NCBI RefSeq assembly: GCF_018350175.1
Contig: NC_058368.1
Location: forward strand, 214,460,001-214,524,000
Direction: 5' to 3'
From: Felis catus
Lineage: Eukaryota
Length of the DNA: 64,000 nt
Made by a program: the position numbers and the translations under genes. Shown here piece after piece: positions 1-12,312 of the stretch (its first letter is position 1; each line of letters starts with the position of its first letter). The notes under the pieces were generated by a model. That model saw only the letters and a list, made by a program, of their open reading frames with translations, was not told where the DNA came from and made no database searches.

Positions 1-26
1 ATGGGGACACAATTCAACCCATAATA
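1..26 (-). mobile_element. Edge of a MaLR (MLT1-type) LTR, cut by the window start
   Basis: GGGGACACAATTCAACCCATAA is the reverse complement of the typical MLT1 LTR 5' end. Confidence 0.6.
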
Positions 27-2573
27 GAAAGATAACTTAAAATGTAATATTGACAGGCATTTTTCTTTTGAGTTTTGCATTTAATATATCTCTTTGCTAT
101 TTGAACTATTTTAGATGTACTTCTAAATGTACTTCTAAAGGCGAGATATGAATTCTTTTCTTGATAATGGCTTAGAGACAATGATAAGAGGTAGTAGTAC
201 AGTGCAGAGTAGATGTGATTTTATATGAGAGTGTCCCATACTGTGAATCTAACAGATATGTCAGAAGAAAACATGTTAAGAATGACAGCTTTAGATAAAC
301 TTGAAAATTAGGAATGGTTAATATTATAAGCAGATTGTAACAGATTGTTACAATTGGCATGTACGAATGCTTTTTTTTCTTTGACTTTTCACTATGATTT
401 TCCCATTGCTTTATACAGCAGAAGTGATTTGATTTTATCAAAGTGTCTTCAGTTTCTTGTATTAATAGCTACATCACATGGCATGAATTCAGGGGCATGT
501 ACAATGCAGACTGATTTAATTTCTTTGGACGTTTCTTAATTTGAGGGATCTTCAATCCTCCAAATTGAAATTTCCAATAAGAGGCCACTGTCAAGCACTT
601 TTACACATTAACACCTTCCATAGCTTATAGGTTCAGAACGTTAAATAGTTTCTATAGTTTTTCCACTTCCGAATTAGTAAATAGCATAGTGAATTACTTG
701 CAGGTAGCATGAGTTGGCTTCCAAATCCAGGTATTCCATGACCTTCCCAATAATTTTTAGTCAGATAAAATTCAATACTATAATTATTTTAAGACTGGGA
801 AGGGAAAAATTGAGTTTATGAAGTCAAATAAAAATAAAATGAGAATAATTCTTATTTAAGACTGCCACCAAGTGAAAATCACAGAGGGAATTCCTTCCGA
901 ATTCATAGAGACCTCATGTAACTGTGGTTGAGGTTGGGCTCATTGTGATCAGATGAACAGAAATGTTAGGCAAGTACAAGTTACTCTTTTTAAATACATT
1001 AGCATAAAATGATTAGAACCAGTACCTTTTCTAGTTGAACACTGGACTCCATGAAAGTGATTTTACTTGATTTTGGACTCTCTGACTAAATCTGCTGAAA
1101 TATTTGGTCAATTTAATTTACTGTAATTCATTAAGACTGTCTCATATGCACCAGGACAGTTGTTAGGTTTCATAAATACAGATTTTTGTAGATACAAGAT
1201 TGTTTAATCATATCAAACCATTCCATGGTTATATGGACAGAACATTAGTAAACTGAATATCAGTTGTCACGCTTCTTGAATATTCAGTGTCCTTTATGAA
1301 ACAAATATGCAATATACCTACTCAGCGCATTTCCAAAACCTGATAACTAAGAAGATTCTAAATAAATAAGAAGACTCTTTCCAGGTCGTTTCTATCTTGG
1401 GATCACTGTGGGATTGTAGTGCACATAAATCTTTTACAAAATATGTATATCAAGACATTGTTGCCTCCTCCCTTTTTTTTTTAATACACACACAGCCTAT
1501 TAAGCCTCTGCTGTGGCTTTCAATAGATGATGAAATGGAAAGTAGGAAGAGTTTCTCGTTTATTACATTGCCAGTTTAATAATTAGTTCATGACTCTGTG
1601 CTTGTGGTCAATTGCAGTATTTCTAATCTATTCCAGGGCCAGTCAATTTCAAATAATATTTCCAAATTGAAATCCATTAATCTCTTTGGTCTGACTTCAC
1701 TAAAATGTATTTATGGAACAGGTTAATTGGAGCCACCACATCCATGACTGGGGGCCAGTCATTTTGAATGATATAGGTAGCATTAGCTCATGCAAGCTCA
1801 TCCTCCAGAGCCAATGCCATACTTGCATTCTGGACCTGTGCCGTAACTGAAGGGGTCCTTTTGGAATAGAATTAATCACACTTCACCACTATTTGCAGAA
1901 GAGAACAAAGAAGAAACTGAATAGAGAAGATGAGCACCACCCAAACCAAGGGAAAGTACTCAACTCCTGTGTATGTTGAAATAAGTCAATAAATCTAGAG
2001 TGCTTGGAATGATATAGTTCATCTGTCTCAGATCAGCATGCTTTACAGAGCATGCGTGTCCACATTTTTCAGTAGTGGCCCTCATGATTAGACATTCACG
2101 TTATACAGCCATGTTGATTTTTACTGAAAACTGCGGTGTATTGAGAGGCTCCATGTTTAGTGTATGGCTACAGAACCTGACTTCAGCATGAATCAACCGA
2201 TTATACAGCATTTTCCTTCTCTTTTATTCCCTTATCAGGAGTCTTTAATAATGCTTCATGTTTCATGGTATAATATTAGTGAAATTAAATTGCTCAAAAT
2301 TTTTTAATTAATTTTTTCAGTTTCAATTATGATTCACAGTCTACTAGTCTGGCATCTGCTGGCAGGCAATTATACAAAGTCAGCAAAGGATATATGGTAA
2401 GTTTCTTCTTCATGTGCTTTTCTCAGGAGATGTTTTTTCCCCTTACTCTTTCTCGCTGCCTCCTAAGTCATAGGTGGAACCCACTGTGGTTAAATTTGCT
2501 TCTTGGACTGTAAACACTTTTCTCAAGTGTGTAAACTTTACAATATTGCTCTCTACTCATCTGCCTTTTTCTT

Positions 2574-2574
<1 letters not shown>

Positions 2575-2605
<31 letters not shown>
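2575..2605. repeat. poly(T)31 homopolymer
   Basis: Directly visible. Confidence 0.95.
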
Positions 2606-2714
2606 CCTGAACCTAATTTCTTTTAGTGCAGTTGTCCCTGGAATTTCCAGTTTTCATTTCTACAACTTTGCTCTTGGTCTACACTCCTGGACCAGCCGAA
2701 GATGCTGAGCCTAT

Positions 2715-2717
<3 letters not shown>

Positions 2718-2757
<40 letters not shown>

Positions 2758-2945
2758 GTTTGTTTGTTTTGAGAGAAAGAGACAGAGAGAGATGGCACGT
2801 GTGTGTGAGTGGGGGAAGAGAGTGTTAGAGAGGGAGAGAGATTCCCAAACTGGCACCATGGGGCTCAATCCCATGATCCATGAGATCATGACCCGAGCTG
2901 AAGTCAAGAGTCGTATGCCTAACTGACTGAGCCACCTAGGCACCC
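2718..2945 (-). mobile_element. Can-SINE, older diverged copy with a long pure A tail
   Basis: Reverse-complement head GGGTGCCTAGGTGGCTCAGTCAGTT, CT-rich region and T run 2717-2754; TSD ATGCTGAGCCTATTCT (2702-2717) / ATGCTGTGCCTGTTCT (2947-2962). Confidence 0.95.
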
Positions 2946-3309
2946 TATGCTGTGCCTGTTCTGATCTTTATGCCTGGTTCTCTGAGCCTGCCATTCATTC
3001 TTGCATTTAACAGATATTTTTGAATGTCTCCTATTATTAACTCTCATGGAGTCCACAGTTGTATACCAAGGAAACTTAATGTTGGCCATGTGAGGTGTCA
3101 GGAGACATAAACACAGATGTATCAACAATCTTGTTTGATTACTACTTATATTTGACTTTTGCTAATGTAACCAGTCTTTCCCAATGTCCCCACATAAGTG
3201 AAAAAAAAAAACAGATGAAAAAGAGCAACTAACAGACAAATAAGACTCTAATTTCTCTGGCTTGTTGGCCCTTGAATGTACTTGGGTAGCACCAGTAATG
3301 GCTGGCACT

Positions 3310-3506
3310 TTTATTTCATTTACTGTGTGCCAGGGACTATTCCAAGTTGTTTTAATCTTCATTAACAGACCTATGAGAAATGCAAAACAAAACAAAACCA
3401 AAAACAATTCTATGAAGGGGGAAAAAAAGGTGACACAGAATGTTTAAAGACTTTCCAGTCCTATTCAGTTGGTAAGTGAAGTGAAAGTTGAAATTTGGAC
3501 CTCACC
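3310..3506 (-). mobile_element. MIR fragment, interrupted by the MLT1A LTR
   Basis: TTTACTGTGTGCCAGG...TTTAATCTTCATTAACAGACCTATGAG...GTAAGTG...TTGAAATTTGG resembles antisense MIR. Confidence 0.6.
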
Positions 3507-3848
3507 ATCTTAGTCTCTTCCAGCTGCTATAAAAAAATATCATAGACCGAGGGACTCATAAGTGACAGAATATTACCCATGGTTCCGGAGGGTGGAAAGT
3601 CCAAAATCAAGGTGTGGGCAGTTTGGAATCTGGTGAGAACCACTTCCTGGGTTCATAGAAGGCCATATTGCTCTGTCTTCACATGGCAGAAACTTGAGGA
3701 TCTTCTCTTGGATTACTAATCCAGTACATGAGTGTTCCACCTTCATGACCTAATCACCTCCCCAAACCCCCATCTCAAATACTATCACATTGGGGGTTAA
3801 ATTTCAATATACAAATTTTGAAAGGACACAAACATTCAGTCTCTAGCG
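3507..3848 (-). mobile_element. MLT1A-like MaLR solo LTR
   Basis: CTTAGTC...GCTGCTATAAAAAAATATCATAGAC...GTCCAAAATCAAGGTG...CATGACCTAATCACCTCCC...GGACACAAACATTCAGTCTCTAGC. Confidence 0.85.
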
Positions 3849-4149
3849 CTAACTAATCTGGTTCTAAGAGTGTTTCTGTAAAGTCTAATGCATCTTATGT
3901 GAGAGTAAGGGAAGGCCTTCCCTGTTCCTATGCCAGAAGTAGCATTTCCCAAGGCATTTCTGTGCATCTTGAGTTTGAGAGCACAGACTTAATAGGATTA
4001 CATCTTGTTCAGTGTTCCAAGTCTAGCATCTAAACCTAAATGAATGGATGTGAGCAACTAAAACTGCAGTTATTATATATGGATTACGGTTTACAAATTT
4101 CTGGAAAATGTAATTTTGATTAAACAATACACATTTCCGATAGTATTTA

Positions 4150-4936
4150 AGGAACTCTGCTCCATATTCTCTTTCTACCGTGAATGTCTGGTTGGGAGAT
4201 TTCTTTTATTCAGTGATTCTTTTATGTGTAATATTGAGCTCGATATTCATGTTTTTTGGTGACCATATCCACATGATGTCCTATAGAAGCCTCAGAACCC
4301 AGCATGGCCCAGATTGAATTCCTAATCTTCCCTTGCCCCTCCCCTAAGTGGCTCCTCTTATGGATTGTATCTCCGAGAATGGCACCATTATCCTGCATCT
4401 TTTCTAGGCCTGATTCCAGGGTTTCTGTTTTCCTTTTCCCTGCTTGCTTCCCAATACCTTCTACCCTCCAGTCAAATAATTCCTCATGGTACATCTTTTC
4501 TTTGTCCTTGACATCTCTCAAATCCTTTCATTTCCCTTCATCTCCACAATATCTTAGTTTACTTTTTCCCTTGGCTGTTTGTGGTAGACAGTTCTGTGTA
4601 TCTTAGGTCCTCCCATCTGCTGTCCTGGTTTTTAGCATGACATGCAACATGCTTCATCATCTGGCCCTTGGTTCCTTTTAGGATTCAACTCTTACTCCTT
4701 GACAACCTTTGCTACCTGTAGTGAGACCCTTGCAGTTCTTCAGCTGAACTATGTTATCTATTTGACTCCTGGGATTTGGTGTATACTCTTCACTCTGTAT
4801 TGCATACCCATCTCATCCCTTACTCTTCCTTTTAAGGCAAGTCCTGCTCACGCTTTTATTCTGCTTTTCCACAGGGAATCTGGCATATCATTGGTACTCA
4901 AGAAATACATACTAAAAGGAATCATGGAATGAATGT
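4150..4936 (+). mobile_element. L2 3' fragment
   Basis: CCTCAGAACCCAGCATGGCCCAGATTGAATTCCTAATCTTCCC motif; 3' tail CTGGCATATCATTGGTACTCAAGAAAT...GAATGAATG. Confidence 0.7.
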
Positions 4937-5058
4937 AGATGGTCTGCCTAGAGAAGTATTAAAAGATTGGTTTAAGTATGCAGAAACATTGTGTTAAATA
5001 TGCATAAACATTTGTGTTAGAGAATGTAGGTGATACTTCTCAAAAGCCTAAAGTTAAA

Positions 5059-5060
<2 letters not shown>

Positions 5061-5091
<31 letters not shown>

Positions 5092-5100
5092 CAAAACAAC
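5061..5100. repeat. (AAAAC)n microsatellite
   Basis: Directly visible. Confidence 0.95.
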
Positions 5101-5249
5101 TTAATGTCTAGTTCAAGAGTAGGGTTTTAATAAATGAAGGTATTTATCTGTCATATGATTCCAAAAGACAGATGAACTTATTTCTGTATTAGTAATAGGT
5201 AGAATACTGATCTCATTTTTATTTGTCCCAATTAAAACTGTTACTATCC

Positions 5250-5484
5250 GGGGCACCTGGGTAGCTCAGTCAGTTAAACGTCTGACTTTGGCTCAGATCA
5301 CAATTTCATGGTCCATGAGTTTGAGCCCTATGTTGGGTTCTGTGCTGACAGCTTGGAGCCCGGAACCTGCTTCGGATTCTCTCTCTTTCTCTCTCTCTCT
5401 GTCTCTCTCTCCCTCTCTCTCTCTGCCCCTCCCCTGCTCATGCTCTGCCTCTGTCTCAAAAATAAATAAACATTAAAAAAATTT
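5250..5484 (+). mobile_element. Can-SINE, full length
   Basis: GGGGCACCTGGGTAGCTCAGTCAGTT head, (CT)n and AATAAA tail; TSD AAAACTGTTACTATCC (5234-5249) / AAAACTATTACTATCC (5485-5500). Confidence 0.97.
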
Positions 5485-5599
5485 AAAACTATTACTATCC
5501 ATATCTATTAGAAGACACTGTGCTGTTTCCCAAGGTAATTCCATGACATCTTTATAATACCCTCTATGTATACACTTTTTCTGAACCAGATAGACTAGT

Positions 5600-5725
5600 T
5601 TATGTCTTTCTTTCCCACTAGACTGAGTTTCCTAGAAGTGTAGACCATTAATACTTATTTTTCTAAATTTTAAAAATATGTGTGACACAGATGCTTTAGG
5701 TACTTTTGTTGAGTGAGTGATTTAA
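5600..5725 (+). mobile_element. L2 3' tail fragment
   Basis: CCCACTAGACTGAGTTTCCTAGAAG...TTTGTTGAGTGAGTGA. Confidence 0.55.
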
Positions 5726-6053
5726 AGAATAAAGAAAATCATGGAGAATAAATAGTATAGTAAAAACACATAGTAAATAAAACTTACGTTAGTTGATAGA
5801 TCAGATGGTGGTCAGGATATTACCAGCTCACACAAGTCTAATGCACCCCCTACCTAAGTGGCATTCAGTCAGCAAAGGCACATGGAGACTTGTCAGTATG
5901 CTTCCAACGCCACTTTCATGAGTCAGCTTGTGGCATCGTGGTGATGATGTGAGAAACATCTTCCTTGTCAGACACTCATATGGAAATTGAAACTGCTTTT
6001 CTTTGCCCCTCTGCCTGTAGTTTTACTAAGTACCTGCTCTAAATTCTAGAAGT

Positions 6054-6528
6054 TGACAAAGGTTCCTTCCTTGATCAAACTTAGTTAGGCTTCTTGAAGC
6101 CCTCTGCTCAACTAGGCTGGACCGTCAGCTTCTGTCTCCATCCTTGTAGAATCCAGATTTAGCAAGAATCCTTTCAAGTTGGTTTAAACAGAATCATCTC
6201 ACCCTCGATATCTGATCACCCTTGGAAATGGATTGAGTTCCTCATCTTCCACTCACCTGCCCACCTCCAGGTAATATCAGATTACTTTAGCCTTTCTTCA
6301 GCAAGAATGCTGTTTGATTAGTTTAGCGAAGAATTATCTTACCTCTTAATTTTCCATATACTGACCCCCTCCATTCTTTTCCTTGGCTACAAATTCCCCT
6401 TTTTCCTTCTTGTATTTGAAGGTGTCTCCACTGCTGCAAAACCACCTGTGCGTTAGTCCCTTTATCTATCATGACAATCTCATTGAATGAAGTCTGCCTT
6501 ACTGTTACCATAATTTTTTCCTCTAACA
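6054..6528 (+). mobile_element. ERV1 solo LTR, MER31-like
   Basis: TG...CA ends; CCTTGATCAAACTTAGTTAGGCT, TTTAGCAAGAATCCT and ACCCTCGATATCTGATCACCCT motifs; degenerate polyA signal AATGAAGTCTGCCTTAC. Confidence 0.8.
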
Positions 6529-7977
6529 AAGATGAGGTATAAAACTTTCTGTATTTCAATATTGCAAAGATGGCAGAGCTCAACAGGATAGCAACTAAAG
6601 AGAAGAGGATGTGTTTCTAAGATCAGGAGCCTGAGAGAGCAGAAGAGTTCATGATGGCAGAGGCAAGGGGAAGAAGCTCACAGAGGGGTTTTGGAGTACT
6701 TCAGCACTGAACTGCAGTTCTCAGTCATTCTGAGACATGTTCAGGTCCAAGTTCTAGACTAGACGCAGAAGGAAAGAAAGGAGATAGACTTGGAAATAAT
6801 CTCACAATTTCTGAAATTATTTTTAAGTGGCAGTAGTTCTAATAATGATAATAACGCCACCTTCTTTCTACTTTTTAATTGTTCCTAAAAAACTCAGGTG
6901 TCGAATACTAAGCAAGGGCAGGTTAAATTTGGAATAGATTTTTCCCAAATTAGGATGTCTTGCTTTTCCAGTGCTTTATGTAGACATGAAAGTTATGAAA
7001 ATAGTTAAAAATCCCAAACCTATTATTATGTCTTTTGCCTTAACATTTTAAAATGGGATCTTACTTTGAAAAAGCTTTTGTTCAATTTCTTCCCCATTCC
7101 TGTCACTGCCATTTTGTTTGAGAGCAAGCAAAACTATAGATCATGGAATAACTTTGTATAAAAATGAAAATAGCAAATTCAGCAGTCAACTAGAAGTCTT
7201 GGGGGACATTTGTTTTCATCTGTGTATGTGGCACCCTCAGGTGGCCAGGCCTATGGATCAGTGGTCATCAATGTTTTCATTCTTCAGTCACGGGATTGCT
7301 GATTGTACTGGCTTTCCCTATGTCATTTGAGTTCAAAATGTTATATCATGAATGAAAAATTTCAGAGCAAGGTTACTGGATATACTGTTTGCTGAGATGA
7401 TAAAATTAGAGATACTTTTGTGTAACTTTTCCTCAACGCATCATTTCTCTTTATGCACAGCTTACAACAGAGAGTGGTTAAAGGAAAAACATATCAGCTT
7501 GCAAGAGAGCAAGCATTACGTGAGGGAAGTCATGAGAAAGCAGGAGAAAAAGTCCCTGACATTTCAAGGAAGTGGCCAGCTATACCTTATCAGTCATGAA
7601 TAACTGAGAATTTCTCACAGTACCCTTTCCTGTAATCACCTCAAGTCCACCTCATTTTTTTCCCTTGCCTCCTTCACTCCACCAAGGCATCCAAACATGA
7701 TGGCTGCCATAGGTGACCTCATTGCAACTTATTGACTTGATATCTCCTCCTTACCCTCTTTGGTGTTTTCCAACGTGACAAGTTCCTCACCTGGCTAATA
7801 AGCTAATGCAGGGTGATGAGGAGCCAAACCTTTTCCCTCCTTGTTCTTTCACTCTCCAGGATATATGTCCTTTTTGTCATCTCCTATACTGCATAAAGCA
7901 GATGATGACACTGTGGTATAAATTTCCTTCCAGAAAGCAAAACGAGTGTGGCTTTTGGCATACCCTTGGAGTGACGG

Positions 7978-8065
7978 ATGAGGTTTTAGCTCAGTGTAAG
8001 CCCCACAATAGGGAACAAACCATGTGTTGTGACTGCCAAAAAATACAAATAAAAGCTAATGCAAT
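7978..8065 (+). mobile_element. CR1/L3 remnant
   Basis: GGTTTTAG...TGTGTTGTGACTGCCAAAAAA...AAAGCTAATGCAAT resembles the L3 motif TGTGATGTGGCTGCCAAAAAAGCTAATGCAAT. Confidence 0.5.
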
Positions 8066-8514
8066 GCACAAAATGTCCCTCAGCATTCTCATTAAACAGT
8101 TTGCCTACAAACAAAGCTAATGACAATTATTTGTACAGATTAAATTATGTTTATCAAATTATTCAAATAAATTAATAAAAATTACACCATGGCAGAAATT
8201 TCCAGGCAGCCAAAGAGAGAAAATGCAAGATTTAGCCATCACCAGTCCTGCTGAGTTTCTGTGTGGCACCACCAGCAATTAAGGAGTTCTTTACCAACTG
8301 CAGCAGCCTCCAGGTTAGAGAGTACCTTGTATTAACCACACTACATACAATGATTTACCACTTTCGGAACACTTTCAGTGTGTTTCTTCAACGGTAACTG
8401 TGATAGGGAAAGTAACTCCTCACTTGATAGATGTAGAATCTTGGAGTCCAAAGGGTTTTTAATGCTAAGAGAAGTTTGAGGTAGAAGGTGAGGCTCAGAC
8501 AGTTTATAACCATT

Positions 8515-8919
8515 TGTTATGGACAGAAAGCTGTGTGTTCGTAAAATTCATGTGTGGAAGCCCTCAACCTCAATATGATGATATTTGGAAATGGATCTTT
8601 GAGAGGTAATTAGGGTTAGATGAGATCACGAGGGTGGGGCCCTCCTGATGAGATTAGCTCCCTTATAAGCAGAGACACCAAAGAACTTGCTTTGTCACTC
8701 TCTCTGTCTTTCTCTCTGAACACACACAAAGAAGAGGTCATGTGAGCACACTGGGGGATGGCAGCAGCCTAGATCAAGGGCAGAGGCCTCAGAATGAAGC
8801 TTCCCTTTCAGGCACCTTGATCTTGGAATTCCAGCCTCCAGACTGTGAGAAATAAATGCCTGTCATTTAAGCATCCAGTCTACGGTATTTTGTTACGGCA
8901 GCCAGCGCAACCTGAGATA
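8515..8919 (+). mobile_element. MLT1A-like MaLR solo LTR
   Basis: TGTTATGGACAGAA start, GAGGTAATTAGGGTTAGATGAG, CCAGCCTCCAGACTGTGAGAAATAAAT, GGTATTTTGTTACGGCAGCC. Confidence 0.9.
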
Positions 8920-9024
8920 TCCTTTCCTCTAGCTAGACCACACAGCTGCTTGTTGGCTCGGTGCCATGTGATGTAAAGCACTAACCAAGACCTGGTGTGC
9001 TATAATTTCATTATCCTTTTGTGC

Positions 9025-9300
9025 TTTCATTCTTTCATGCAAAAACACTTCATTCAGTACCTTCCTTGTGCCAAAGGGTATGTTGGGTGCTAGAGATACA
9101 AAAATGAACAAGCCATATTCAGGTTGCTCACAGTTTGATAGGGGAATGACTCACATAAGAAGATAATTATAATGTAATTTGATAAATGCTATAATAAAAG
9201 TATTAAAGAGCTTTGGAAGCATGAAGGAACTCATTTAGCTTGGAGGAACTCATGAGATGCTTCACAAGGGAAGCAACATGGATGATGTTTTTAAGTGATT
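9025..9300 (-). mobile_element. L2 3' fragment
   Basis: TTCATTCTTTCAT...TGTGCCAAAGGGTATGTTGGGTGCTAGAGATACAAAAATGAACAAG. Confidence 0.7.
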
Positions 9301-9499
9301 ATGTGTGAGGCTTGGAACCCATCCACCCAGATGCACTCAATGAGGATGCGGCTGACAGAAGGAAGGAGGGAGGGCAGGCATCCCTTAGGCAGGCAGCTGG
9401 AGTCCTTGGGCTGCATACCTGGCATTGTGGTGAATGTCAACCTAGCACTTCTCCCTACACTGAAATCCCCCCCCAGGGTTTCTGTAAACCCAGAATCTT

Positions 9500-9615
9500 G
9501 AGTTTTGACCCAGACATGACCTAGCAGAATACAATCTCTGGTCAAAGCACAGTAAAATAGGCATATTTAATAAGCACTCTGGGTAATTCTAATACTCACT
9601 GAAGTTGGAATATCA
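9500..9615. mobile_element. MER5-like hAT-Charlie MITE fragment
   Basis: ATTTAATAAGCACTCTGGGTAATTCTAATACTCACTGAAGTTGGAA resembles the MER5A terminus. Confidence 0.55.
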
Positions 9616-10699
9616 ATGTGGTCAGGATGTGGAGGGAAAAGTAGGCTTTTCTCTGTATTTCAGCATGGATGAATTCTGATGTCAAATTTCCTACATACTC
9701 TTACATGCTCCTTTATAGTCTACTTTTTTGTTGCAGCAATGAAATTTCTTCATAACTCTACTTTCAAAGCATCCATACTGCTCTGTCAGTAGAATAATTC
9801 TTGCTTTTCCTCTTGATTAATAAGCAGAGCATCATCTGTTTGTCAAGCTGGTTCAGTTCTGTTCTACTTTTAACTGAACGATGTTACAGTTGGCTAATAA
9901 GAAACAAGGTTGCCCAGCACAAGACCTGGTGCACAATTACCACCAAATAGAAGTTTCCACCCACGGCATCCTTCTATTCCATTCTCTCAAAACCCCTCCC
10001 TGAATTCCAATCACTTTGCAGGCATCAATTAGTTATATTTAATTTCTTCTTCAAAATGCTGAACATGTAATTAAGATTAAGATACTCCAAGGGCTTTCTC
10101 TAGCTTTGAGGTCGATTTCTCCCTCTCTTTGGACATTTGTCATTTCACCTCTCCTTTCCTATAAATGTGAAATGTACCTTCCCTGAAAGAAGTTTTTTGA
10201 AGATTCAGCAGTGATGTTAGTCAACTCCTTAGCACATAAAAAGTGCCAGATAACAGCTATGTGATGTGCTGGGCAAAAGCTCTCTTTGGAACATCTGTGG
10301 TACTTGACCCTTTCTGTGACTCTCTTTTCTTGACAAATTATGTCATATTGCTTCACTGCACATGAGAGAGCAACAAGATATAATGTAAATAATTAAAGCC
10401 AATTCTTTTTTACCATCTATTTATGTAAAATAGGAACAAAGAGCAGCAATGATGTAGCACCACAGTATTTGATGCAATAAAAATATTAAGCATTTTAATG
10501 AAAAAGTTAGAAAAAAGACCAAATAGCAATGTGGGGTGCTACTGGGAACTTTTGCTTATTTTCTTTGGATGAGATCCGTGTCCCTATCTATTAAAGAACA
10601 TGCTGTATGTAATCACAACTGCCTTCTGGATTGTTTTGAAATCTGGGAGTTATCTTTGATTTTTCAGTCTCCCTCACCAAACCAGTTGATCTTCCTGGT

Positions 10700-11375
10700 G
10701 TCTTTGAACCTGTCTTTTCCCAATTCCACCTCCACTCTCCTACTTATCACACCAAATTCTCTCTATTGCCTATTTTAGTTGTCCCTTAGCGGGTTCATAT
10801 GCTCCCGAATGACATCTCTTCCAATCCATTCTTTACACAGCATCCAGTCATTCTTTAAAAAGTTAAATATTGCCTTTCTCTCTTTAAGTCCTTCAGTGGC
10901 TTCCCATTGTGCATAGAAACATATGCAACCTCCTTATTTTCAGTTACAGAAGCCTGGCTATGTTGAATTCTGCTTACTTCTGAGCCTCATTTTAAACAAC
11001 TTGCTCTTTCTCACTGTTGCTCAAGCCAATTGTCCACCCTTTAGTTCTTAGAATACCCCAAGCTCTGACCTACCTCAGAACATTTGTGCATAATCTTTCC
11101 CCTGTGGAGCTTCTATATAAGGTATCCTTCCCTCACTCCTTGACATTCTTTGCATCTCAACCAAATGCTATTTTAAAAGATAGAAATTTTCTGGGATTAA
11201 AAAAAGAAATATCAACACTTCCTAGCACTGTTTAATGTTTGTTACCGCCAACCTGAGCATGAGCTTAATGTGAGCACGGACCCAGTCTTTAACTTATCAC
11301 TATATACCCAGTGCAGAGAATACTGCCTTGGCAGTTACTAGGGATTTAATGGATGATTGTTGAATAAGTAAATAA
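10700..11375 (+). mobile_element. L2 3' fragment
   Basis: CCAATCCATTCTTTACACAGCATCCAG, CTTCAGTGGCTTCCCATTG, tail TGTTGAATAAGTAAATAA. Confidence 0.75.
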
Positions 11376-11752
11376 GGGGGGGATCTTGTTTTTGGGGTTC
11401 CCATTTGTAGAAGAGCTTCTAATTAGCTTGCATATTTAAAAAAAAAAGCCTGGAAAGAAACTAGTAGTAGGAGATGGAAAGAATTGAAATTAAATCTGAG
11501 AGCGAAGAGTTAAGGAAGAGAAATGGAGAGAAAGAATAGCTGCTAGATTGATGAATAAAAACAAAACACTCATGTGGACTGTTGAGGGACCGAGTATAAC
11601 ATTCAGTTTCTAAAACAAATTTTTTTCTAAAAAAATTTGCAATTTTTTTTTACATGCCCTTGATGTAAACTCCTACTTTGCTTTCCCACGTCACCAGAAA
11701 AGTATAGTAAACACAAAGCCTTATGTGTGTCAGAGCTTCTGGAAAGCTTATG

Positions 11753-12250
11753 TATGTCAGTTATCTATTTTTGCATAACAAATTACCATAAAAATAAGCA
11801 TCTTAAAATAATATACATTGATTATCTCACAGCTTCTATGGCCAGAAATCTGAGCATGATTTAGCTTGTCTTTCATTTCAGGGTCTATCACAAGGCTGCA
11901 GTCAAGGTATTGGCCAGGGCTGGAGTCTCATCTAAGGCTGGACTGGGCCCTTCCAAGTTGTTGGACGAAGGGCATGAGTTCCTTAAGGGCTGTTAGAGGC
12001 CACCCTTGGTTCTTTGCCATGTGGATCTTTCCAGTATGGCAGCTTGCTTCATCAAAGCCCAGAAGGCGATAGAGAGAATCTGCTAAAAAGATGAAAACCA
12101 CAGCCTTTTGCTACCTACCAACAGAAGTCACATCCCATTACCTTTTCAGTATTTGGTCAGTCAGAAGCAAGTCTCTAGGTTCAGGCCACATTTAAAAGGG
12201 GGGGGCTGTTGTATAATGGGTCATTGTGGGCCAATTCAGAAATCACCACA
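11753..12250 (-). mobile_element. MLT1F/G-like MaLR solo LTR
   Basis: GTCAGTTATCTATTTTTGCATAACAAATTACC...ATCTCACAGCTTCT...CAAGGCTGCAGTCAAGGT...ACCACA; candidate TSD TTATG (11748-11752) / ATATG (12251-12255). Confidence 0.85.
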
Positions 12251-12271
12251 ATATGTTTATTGATGTTTTGG

Positions 12272-12272
<1 letters not shown>

Positions 12273-12311
<39 letters not shown>
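12273..12311. repeat. (TG)n microsatellite
   Basis: Directly visible. Confidence 0.95.

Positions 12312-12312
<1 letters not shown>

Noticed and set aside
2623..2943. ORFs with poly-K/poly-F, and other SINE-derived ORFs (5288, 14157, 17802, 30277, 39741, 57550, 58128, 58206, 58757)
   Set aside because: They are translations of Can-SINE bodies and tails
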